From NCBI RefSeq assembly GCF_009914755.1, contig NC_060935.1: 64,000 nucleotides of DNA; one strand, 5' to 3'. This document shows positions 53,721 to 64,000 of this stretch, in pieces; the stretch's first letter is position 1, and each line of letters begins with the position of its first letter. Position numbers and translations under genes: made by a program. The stretch comes from the human T2T-CHM13v2.0 reference genome, Homo sapiens. The notes under the pieces were generated by a model that worked only from the letters and a program-made list of their open reading frames with translations, did not search any database and was not told the DNA's origin.

Positions 53721-54309
53721 AGCACCATCAGCCCAGGTAGGGCCACAGAACCCATGGCCCATGCATGACCAGAGTCAATTGCTCCTAGAGGTCCCTCCCC
53801 AGCTCCCTGGATTTGAAAGCAGGAAAACATGGGCTGTGTCCTGATTCATGCTCCAAGCTGAGATGTCCCTGGCAATTTGTAATGGGTCCCTAACTAAGTG
53901 TGGGGCTCCAGAGCACTCCAGAGTGGCCGATGGCATTCCCTGCCTCTTCTTACATTGCGGTCATCCCAGGCTGCTGGCAACACGTAGGGAGGAGCAGCCA
54001 GGCCTTCCTGCCTCCTGCCTCAGCTTTCTTCCCAGCATGGAGGTGAACATGATTTCCCCATGGCCAAGTCCTTTTCCCCAGAGCGCCTTCTTTCTGTTGT
54101 TCCAGTTTTGTGTCTCTCCTCGAGCTAAGAACAAATCGCTGTCTCGGCTCTGCTTGCAGGCGGAAGCGGAAACACGCTGCTGCAGGAAACTCTTTTGCCC
54201 CCAAGTGGCCCCTTGTTCACATTCCTGTGGCTCCAGAGGAGGACTGGCCTGGCCTGAAGTCATCTATCATGGCTGGTCAGGCTGGAGGGGCTGTTGGAAT
54301 CAGCTTGTC

Positions 54310-54620
54310 CCACCTTCTCCTTTTCACAGACCCAGAAATGGAGGTGCAGACAGGGACAGGGCTCTGCTCAAATACACAGGAGCTCAAAGCAGGGGCAGGA
54401 CAGCTACCATGGAAGAGCCTTATGACATGCAAAGAGTTTGGCTTCCATCCAATACTCAGTCCAGTCCCACAAGGTAGGTGTTATGGTTCCATTTTATAGA
54501 TGAGGAAACAGCCACAGAGAGGTTAAGTTGCTAACTTAAGGTCACATAGAAAACTATGGTCAGGGGCTTTAAGCTAAGGTCTGTCTTGACTACTAAGTCA
54601 ATGTTATTTTCTTACTCTCA
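54310..54620 (-). mobile_element. Two MIR fragments
   Basis: ccattttatagatgaggaaac...aaggtcacat. Confidence 0.7.
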
Positions 54621-54746
54621 CACCATTAGTAACTATATATTGAGGTTGGGGGCCCAGGCAGGGCCTACCCACCAAAATGGCTGGATTCCTCTCACCACTG
54701 CCATCACCCAGAAAAGCTGGCAGGTAGGAGCCAGGATTTTCTTTTT

Positions 54747-55048
54747 TTCTTTTTTTTTTTTTTTTTTCAGACAGAGTCTCATTCTGTCGCCCAGGCTGGA
54801 GTGCAGTAGAGTGATCTTGGCTCACTGCAACCTCCAACTCCAGGGTTCAAGTGATTCTTCTGCCTCAGCCTCCCAAGTAGTTGAGATTACAGGTGCATGC
54901 CACCACACCCAGCTAATTTTTTTGTTTTTAGTAAAGACAAGGTTTCACCATGTTGGCAAGGCTGGTCTTGAACTCCTGACCTCAGGTGATCCACCCGCCT
55001 AGGCCTCCCAAAGTGCTGGGATTACAGGAGTGAGCCTTGTGCCCAGCC
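54747..55048 (-). mobile_element. AluSx-like
   Basis: Full Alu; TSD aggattttcttttt (54733-54746 / 55049-55062). Confidence 0.95.
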
Positions 55049-55309
55049 AGGATTTTCTTTTTAACCTGTCAATCTGGGTTTTCTCTCCCAGCCTCCACCC
55101 CTCACCTTGTCTTTTTCCAGAAGAGTCTGCGACCATTTCAAGCTGGCAGTGATGCTGAGAGAAAGGCACCCTCCATTAAGCCCAGACCCCTTCCTCATTT
55201 TCTCCCTCTCCCCACTTGCTGTTTCTAATGGGTGCCACACTGGTCCCTCTATCCCCTTGCTGTGTCTCTGAGCCAGATGCTGCACCTGTTCCCACGTGTC
55301 AGAACCCTG

Positions 55310-55500
55310 CCTATTTGCAGGTAGATACAGGTTCAAATTCTTCCACATTCTCTACTGGCTGTGTGACCTTGAGCAAGTTACCCATGCTTACTCCTTTGCA
55401 AATGGAGTGATAATACCAGCTTTGGAGGGCTATTTGGAGGATTGGATGAGCTCTTGTAGGTCAAACAGTCTAGTGCCTGCACTGCAGTAGGCCCCAGGGA
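55310..55500 (+). mobile_element. MIR
   Basis: aggttcaaatt...ctggctgtgtgaccttgagcaagtta. Confidence 0.8.
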
Positions 55501-55809
55501 TGGAAACTGCGGTGTGATGGTGATTTGGGTGGCATGGGTGGAACAGGGGTTGATTGCTAATAAGACAGAGGGGAGCATGGGGCCAGAGCAGTGCAGAATC
55601 AGGAAGCTGTGACTTAAATGCTAGGGAGAGGCTCCTGTGGTGACCAGGACCACGTCTAAGTGATACCAAACAGCAGGACATTCCAGCCAGCAGTAGGAGT
55701 CCCAGAGGAAGTGGCCAGGTGCCGCTCCGGGTGTATGGGGCCCATGGCAGGTAGGCAGTGGGCACCATGCCGGGCCTGGCCATCAAGCTGAAGTTCGAGG
55801 AAAAGACTC

Positions 55810-55970
55810 AGAACAGCCCTCTGAGGAGCATATCTTTATCCTTACTTTACAGATGAAGAAAGCAAGGCACAGACAGGGTAAGTAACTTTCCCAAGATCAC
55901 CCAGAGAGTCGGTAACCAAGCCAGGATTAGAACCTATGCAGCCTGGCTCCAAATTCTGACCTGTTAACCA
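55810..55970 (-). mobile_element. MIR
   Basis: tttacagatgaagaaagcaaggcacaga...cccaagatcac. Confidence 0.8.
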
Positions 55971-57411
55971 AATATTCTCTATGCCAGCTCACCATGGGTT
56001 TGAACTGAAATGCTGCCACATCATCATTTGCCCTGCCTTGGACCCCAGCAGAGCCAGAATGTGGACAGATTCCCAAGGGAGGCAGGAAAGCTAGGCCGAG
56101 TGCCAAGCCAGGCTTGCTTCATCCCAGGCAGACGAATTCTTCCTCCCTCTTCCCCTGACCCAACGCTACCAGAAAAAAAGTCTGGGCCCCAAAGACAATT
56201 TTTAACAGTTAAAAATTAAATGAGAGGAAACCATTTAATGAGAGCTGGAGGAGGCCGTGTGCCCTTGAACTTGCGGAGGTGGGGCTGGCTGCTGGCCCCA
56301 ACTGCCCCCGTGCTCAAGCTCCCTTATGAAAAAATAGACTGTGCTGTGGCAGGCCTTGGGTGGTCTCTAAAGAGATTTGGGGCCAAATCAGCACCATCAG
56401 CCAAGAATATGCGGCAGGAGGTCCCAGAGCCCTGCCCAGGACAGTGACTCTGGACACAGTGACCTTCACTGGCTGGTGGGAGCAGCCCTGCCATAGAAGG
56501 GAAAAGGAGGGGGCACAGGAACCAAAAGGCCTCTCAGACCCCAGAGACTTCTTGGGGGCTGGCCGGATGCCTTCTCCTCCCACTCTTTGCACAACAGACC
56601 ACGGCCTTCCTCTCACCCCATGCTGGTCTTGGTAATTCTGCTCACTCTGCCATCCTCACAAGAGACCTTGAGGCTTCCCATGCCTCCTCCTAGGGTAGCT
56701 TCCAAGCCTCTTCCTCTTTGAATTACTCATTAAGCCCCCAGCTCCAGGCTCCCTTCTCAAGAGGAACAACCCTGCTGCCTCCAAAGTGAGCCTGAGGACC
56801 CATGGTGAGACAATCTCATGGGGGTGGCTTCCTCACTACCATGTGGCATCACGCAGGCCGCTTACCCCCTCTCCAGCCCTGCACACATTGTCTGATTCAC
56901 ATTCTGCAGGATAGGAATGATGTCCCCTGCAGTTGTGCAAGGCAGTGGTCCTGCCTCCTGAGAGCTAGAGGCCTGAATTGTCCAAAAGAGCATGGGAAGA
57001 ATGGAAAGGTCAACAGGGGCAGGAAGGATGGCTCCAGGTGCCACCAGACACACTTAGGCAGCCCTTGGATGAAGGCCTTTCATTCTCTTGGGCTGGAGCA
57101 GGGCAGGGGGTGACCACCTTCCCCTCTTCCCCCCACCAGGCATTGGCGTCCATGGGTTCTAGGCTTTGCCAAGGGAACCAAGCAGCCCTGCTTCCTGGTA
57201 ACCCTTTCCCCGTCTGCTGGCATGGCTGCTTGGCTGGATCGAGCCCCTCAGGTGGCAAGCATGAATCCCTCAGAGGCAGCCCCAGGGATGCCTGGGGAGG
57301 ACTTTGCTTCAGAGCTGGGCCCCATCTCGACTTCAGCCCTTACAGGCCTTGTGGCCTAAGGCAAGGTGATTGGACCTCTGGCTCCAGTTTGTCTATCTGT
57401 AAATGGGGGTC

Positions 57412-58495
<1,084 letters not shown>

Positions 58496-59284
58496 AGGTG
58501 GGGAAGTTGGGACTGGCTAAAAATTGCTGAGAGGAAAGAGTTCGGTGCTGGCAGGAGGAACAAAAGCTGCATTTAACGGGCACCTTCTTAGCGCCACCCC
58601 TTGTAAGCGCCGCATGTGCATGATCTCATTTCTCATTTCATTGTCACACACACCTGTAGTGGGGGAATAATTTTCTCCACTCCACACATACCTCTGACTC
58701 TTGCCTCTCACTGATCAAGGCTGATGGGCTCTCACTCTTCCCAGGCACTACGCTGGCCAATGTGGAGAGAGACAGTTGAACTAACGCGGCTTCCACCCCT
58801 CCACCCAACCCGTGCCGGCCACCAACGGTCTCCCTCTGTGGCCCAGCCTAACACTCTGGGAACAGGAAGGCATGGCAAGTGGGGTCTGTTGCCCCCAGGG
58901 AAGCAAGCCTCTGCGCAGGGGAGGGAGAGGACGATCCATGTCCTTGGCCTCTCCACCCACTTTTGTGCCTCACCCCCCAGCCCATCCCTTCAAAGGAAGC
59001 TCTGTCTGCCCCGTCTGTGTTCCTTTTGGCCCCTTTCTCCCCTCTCCCTTGGAGGATTTATGGTTTTAATAATGCTGTCTTTCTCCACCAGCCTCACTTA
59101 CTGTTTAGTCCCCTCTAAAGATCCTTAAAATTAAAACACTAATCAGGAATTTATTTTCTCATCAATTCTGCCCTTCAGGTTATGAGGCCCAGGTGTTTTC
59201 ATAGCCTGCTGGTGGGCCATGGGGAGGGCCCTGCAGAGGAGAGATGATGGGCGCTGGGAATGGAGGGTTCTGGCTCCAGTCTCT

Positions 59285-59635
59285 TGAGAGAGAAGGGAGA
59301 GGAGATGGGGAGAGACTACAAGAGACAGAGACAGTCAGGCCTGAGGTCAGGGAGAAACAGCAACAAGCGGAGACAGTGTAAACAGTAACCAAGGGAAACA
59401 GAGAGAGCACAGCCTGCTGTTCGGGGGAGGAGAGAGAGACAGAAGGAGGGCTGGGGACAGAGACCAAGGCAGAGAGACACACAGATGGCAGGAGGTGCAG
59501 CCAACAGGGATAGAAACCAGAGAGATGCAGAGATGGAGTGGAGGAAAGGGGCAGGGAGTGGAAGAGAGAGAACAGAGAAATGGCAAGCAGAAGAGCCTGG
59601 GAAGATGGGGCAAGAGAGGCAGCAGAGAGCCAACA
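59285..59635. repeat. GA-rich low-complexity tract
   Basis: Strongly purine-biased + strand with recurring gagag/cagag units. Confidence 0.75.
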
Positions 59636-60669
59636 AGCCAAGTGCACACACTGGGGTAAGGAGAAACTCGCCCCTCTCCTCGGAGGGGCTGTACTCCTGC
59701 AAGTTGACATCTTTAGTGGGGATTGTGCAGCACATCTGCCAGACCACAAGCTCCATGAGTGCAAGGTCTCTAGGTTTTTCCCCTTTTGTGTCTGCAGCAA
59801 TCAACGGGGCAGGCTGATTTCTGGCCCTGGGCTCCTTTTAGCTCTGAGATTCTACAAGGTACCTAGTGAAGCCCCTGGGAGGCCTTCTCTTTCCCCTCCC
59901 TCTAAGCCACGAAAAAGCTTGTTGGATCCTAGGCCTGCCTCCCCTGCCACCCCCTACCTTCTTTCAATACAGGCAGCTCTGAGAAGGCATCATCTCTTTC
60001 CACCAGCCTCCTGCCTACCCAGAGGGGTTGTTTGCAAAGTGCATTTCTCTTGACCCAACATTTCTGTTCCCTACATGGGAAACATTTGAGATCCATTAGG
60101 TCACTCTGAGCACTGAATGAGGAGTCTAGGCTGTGTGATCACGGGCAGGTCACTGGCCCTCCATCCCCTTCATGTGTAGAATGAGGGGCTGGGTTTCTCT
60201 CTGACAGGCCCTTCTGGCCCTGATCATCTAACCGTCTTTGACTTGACCATTTCAGAAGACCCAAACTAAATAGAGGAATGGAAAAATCTATCCTCGTTCA
60301 TTTATTCCCTTGACAAAAGGTCTTAAAGAACTGCTAACATGGAAGACGCTAGGCCAGGCACTGAAGTCACCCTAAGGAGCCTGACCTGACCTTAGGTCAT
60401 TATAAAGTCACAACCTCCATTTGCTCCTCTGTAAAATAGGAGGGTGTGGTGTTGAGGGCGTTTTGGTTCAGGAAAGGGCTTTGTAAACAGAAGTCAGGTA
60501 TCAGAAGGGGTGGTCTAATATCAGAAGTGTGGAGAAACCTCATTAGAATAACTCATGCTGACACCTCCGAGGTCTCCCAGGACCTATATGGGCTTTCACT
60601 CTGGCTCAGGTTCTGCTGGTGCCAGGTCAGGCCTTAATCTCATGAATATTCCCATCCTGGAAGGCCTGA

Positions 60670-60860
60670 AAAACATCTGAGTTTGAGTCTCAGCTCCGGC
60701 ACTTGCAAGGTCAATAGCCTTGGGTAAGTCACTTCCCCTCTGGTGGCTTCAGTGTCTTTCATAGGAAGATAAATAATCCTGTCTCAGCTGAAGGGAGACG
60801 TAAGGCTTAAACTGAGGTCAAAATACCAGGCACACAGTAGGTGTCTGAAAAAATGCTTGC
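60670..60860 (+). mobile_element. MIR
   Basis: tgagtttgagtctcagctcc...ccttgggtaagtcactt...ggcacacagtaggtg. Confidence 0.7.
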
Positions 60861-61354
60861 TTGAGGCATGATTTAAGCCAAAAGAACAGCGGTAGGTAAG
60901 AGTACCAGTGTGTCATGTTACCCAAACAAGGATGTCCTGGGATTGTGGCACAGCCAACAACAGAGAGGCAGGGAGGTCCAGCCTCCCTGCTCAATATGGC
61001 CTTTGCTGGGCCAGCATTAGCATTTTGCAAGATGATTCAGCATCTTGCAAAACCAGGGGGCTTAGCCGGCCCCCACTTCGTGCTGAGAGGCTTGTTCCTG
61101 CCACAGCCCAGCTTGTCTACCTGATAGGTAATCAATGCATTTATGATCCAAGACCACTTGCACAACAGGAGGAGGGAAGAATTGCCCTTCCCAGGTCTGA
61201 ATAGCAGCAGGCCCAGCCTGATTTAACTCACTGGGCACCTTTCTAACCTCAAATCTTTTCTCTCTTCAAGTCAGAGTATCTAAGAGCTATAGAACCCAGG
61301 ATCATAATCAAAGGACTTTTCATACCCCTATCCCAAGGGATAGATGAGTCGTCC

Positions 61355-62465
61355 TGTGGGGTCCCTCTCATTGGGAATCAGTACCTGTCAAATTACATAA
61401 ACTGGAAAGGAATTTGGCTGTATCCTCAAGAGGTTTGGAATCCTGAAATAATAGAGTCATGGTCTCTAACTTAGACTCGTATGAGAGAATATATGGCTTA
61501 TGGGAAAAGGTAGATTTTGTTGAGAGGGACAAAATAATTGCACTATAATTATGTTTCATTTATGCTGTAACCACAGATCTAGAGTTGCACATGATGCTGC
61601 TGGTGGTATACTCCAGGATTCAGAGGCAAATTTAATACTGTGGAAGCTAATAGAATTTATTATGATGCTGATACTTACGATCAAATGTATTGGGAGAGCA
61701 AATCAATACCCCTTTTGAATGTTCTACCTGTGAAGGAGAATTGGCCTGAAGAAGATTTAGATTTGATTCATAATAGATTGATTATGGTTCTATCACTCAA
61801 CAAATGTATACAATTAAGTGCAGAGAGCTATAGATCAAGGTAGCAAAAGAATTGTGCAGTTAGTACAAAAATATGAGAAAGTTTGTGCTGGTATTATTGG
61901 ATGGTTCAGCTGTCTGTTTAAATCAGGACCAAGCTATTATAAAATGCGTGGAATCTGTGTGAGCATCTTAATTACAGATGGTCCCTGACTAAGGATGGTT
62001 CAACTTATGATTTTTTGACTCTGTGATGGTGTGAAAGCAATATGCATGCAGTGAAAACTGTACTTCAAATTTTGAAGTTTGATCTTTTGCCAGGGTGGAG
62101 ATATGCAGTATGATACTCTCTGCCAATGCTGGGCAGCAGCGGTGAGCCTTTCTGTTTTTCACTTTCACTACAGTATTCAATAAACTCCATGAGATATTCA
62201 ACACTTTATTATGCAATAGGTTTTGTGTAAGATGACATTATTCAACTATAGGCTACTGCAAGTGTTCTGAGCATGTTTAACGTAGGCTAGGCTAAGCTAT
62301 GACATTTGGGAGGTTAGGTGTATTAAATGCGCTTTCAACATAAATGCATTTTCAACTTAGGGAGGGTTTATCGGGATGCAGCTCTGTCGTCAGTTGAGGA
62401 GTATCTGTACTGTTCAAGTAAGCATGATGGTTTTGTTATAAAAAGGCCTTGCCCATGGGACATGG
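61355..62465 (+). mobile_element. Probable ERV internal 3' segment (MER76-int-like) with a decayed env-like frame
   Basis: AT-rich, protein-like fragmented frames ending in a hydrophobic stretch immediately upstream of an ERVL-type LTR; family assignment is inferred. Confidence 0.5.
61975..62407 (-). mobile_element. MER47/Tigger5 Tc1-mariner DNA transposon
   Basis: cagatg...tatctg termini flanked by TA (61973-61974 / 62408-62409); taggctaggctaagctatga and aaatgcattttcaactta. Confidence 0.92.
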
Positions 62466-62469
62466 GATG

Positions 62470-62968
62470 TGGATGATGCCTTGAGCTGCCTTGCTAACAT
62501 GGCACAGACACGTAAGCATTTCCCTACTCAGCACTGACCCCTGGTCAGGTCAAGAAACATACTGGATCATAGTGTTGCTCTGTAATCAGGGGTCGGAGAA
62601 GTTTTGGGGCAGCTTGGACCAGCTTGTCAGCATTGTTTTTGGATAACAGTGAGATTGATGGTTTGCACTTGGTCTTGGTGAGACCCTTGAAAGGCATTGT
62701 TTAAGCTGGTTATGTAGCAGGTATCTTCCTACGTGACCAGCAAAATATGAATATGCTGAAGCTGAGAGTCTACCCTAGTTCCGAGGTGTTCCATTTGATG
62801 ACAGGAGCTTGTACCTGTCTTCTCCAGCCTCCTGGCTGCAAGGTGTATCCTTACCCCAACACTGCTGCTACCTGTATCCTTTTCCTGTAATCAACTCTAG
62901 ATGTGTAAGCATTGTCATTTTGGGTCCAGTGAATTTTCTTTAGTGATTGAGTCTATCTCAACCACTAC
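62470..62968 (+). mobile_element. ERVL-class LTR, MER76-like
   Basis: ttgctctgtaatca...agcttggaccagcttgtcagc, cctacgtgaccagc, tatccttttcctg, gtcattttgggtcc. Confidence 0.65.
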
Positions 62969-62984
62969 TATTAAAGTTAAGCAT

Positions 62985-63120
62985 CTATCTTCCATGTTTT
63001 ATAGGTGAGCAATGAAAACCCAGAGAGGTTTTCATTGACTTATCCACAGCCACAAGCATGTTAGTGGTAGAGCCCAGACTGAAACCAAAGGCTCAATTTT
63101 CAGCCCAGAGCTATGATTCT
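62985..63120 (-). mobile_element. MIR fragment
   Basis: tttataggtgag...cccagagaggtt...tagtggtagagcc. Confidence 0.65.
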
Positions 63121-63340
63121 GTTTCTTCCTCCTTACCTTGTTGTTTGGAGGTGAGTGGACACTTCCCAGGATGCCTAGAAGAACCAGGAAAGAGCATTGA
63201 CCACTAGGTAGGCATCAGAGTAACCGGAGAATTAACCCAAGATGAGGTGAGTTTGGAAACCAGAAAAGAGATGGTAAAACCCAAGACTCAGTGAGAACAG
63301 ATTGGGAAAGAGGCTCAGGACTGCATCTGTGAATGGTGAG

Positions 63341-63680
63341 TGTATCATTCAGGGTAGGATAAGTGCTGTAACAAACAACCCCCAAACCTCAGGCACTGAA
63401 TACAAGGAAAGTCTTTCTTGTTCATATCATAAGTCCAAGGCAGATCAGTGGGAGAGGGCAGTGCTGCTCCACGCAGTCACTCAGGGGACCCAGGCTCCTT
63501 CCATCTCATGGTTCTGCTCCCCTCTGGGTCCCTTTAGGCCTGCTTCATCCAGAGAAAATGTGGGGCAAGAGAGAACACTGATGTTCCAGCAGGCCAACCC
63601 AGGGAGCACCTCTGTTATGAACACCCTTGGTCTACATGTGAGTGTTAAGGGGTCAGGGAAGAGGAGGCTGACTTCCTTTC
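63341..63680 (-). mobile_element. MLT1J/K-type MaLR LTR fragment
   Basis: tgctgtaacaaacaacccccaaacctcag...ctccacgcagtcactcaggggacccaggct. Confidence 0.75.
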
Positions 63681-64000
63681 TTGCTGTTGGGTGGTGGAGA
63701 AGGGGCCTGAGCCAGTTCACAGCTTTGTGCTTCTATGTCCCCAGGAGCTCTTCAGACATCTTGACTCCAGCACATAAGCTTTGACATGAGCTGTCTCAAA
63801 TCCCAAACATGCATTCAACCCAGGGTGTCCAGGCCCCTCTGGGCTCCTCCAGTGTCTGAACCCCACATCCCAAGCTCATCTAATTATACCCTTGGAGGAG
63901 CGCTTCACTGGTCTTGCAGATCACTTGTCATCCATCATAGCCTCGGGACAAATCACAGTCGGATATGAATTATGAGTTGTTCTTCCCCAGGATGGGCTGT

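Noticed and set aside
53848-54477. 209-aa ORF (+)
   Set aside because: No domain similarity; 3' part lies in MIR fragments; no supporting promoter or splice structure.
59180-60053. Cluster of overlapping 100-206 aa ORFs
   Set aside because: Produced by the GA/CT low-complexity tract, which is poor in stop codons.

Overview
Human non-coding genomic DNA. A near-consensus AluYb8 with its diagnostic 7-bp duplication points to human. I find no credible protein-coding exon, RNA gene, CpG island or CRISPR-like array. The supplied ORFs are short or overlap Alu, MIR, L1, L2, LTR or low-complexity sequence. Roughly half the window is recognisable interspersed repeat: 12 Alus (J, S, Y, Yb8), dozens of MIR and L2 fragments, L1 and L3 pieces, MaLR LTRs (THE1A, THE1C/D, MST, MLT1), ERVL-class LTRs (MLT2, LTR16, LTR33, LTR47A, MER74A, MER76-like) and DNA transposons (MER30, MER33, MER58, MER81, MER94, Charlie4a, MER47/Tigger5). 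Many still have readable target-site duplications. Repeat-free islands at about 7.8, 14.4, 26.3 and 44.9 kb are dense in homeodomain, TCF, SOX or MEIS motifs and look like distal developmental enhancers. The most unusual items are: (i) a decayed envelope-glycoprotein-like reading frame upstream of a MER76-like ERVL LTR, whose C-terminus reads through once a MER47 insertion is removed (61.4-62.4 kb); (ii) a 56-bp inverted duplication about 1 kb apart (35.45 and 36.53 kb); (iii) an unexplained ~140-bp insert in a MER58; (iv) a young AluYb8. I could not identify the locus. Repeat family names come from recalled consensus similarity, not a database search, and boundaries without TSDs are approximate. 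I see no evidence for a wholly new multi-gene system.
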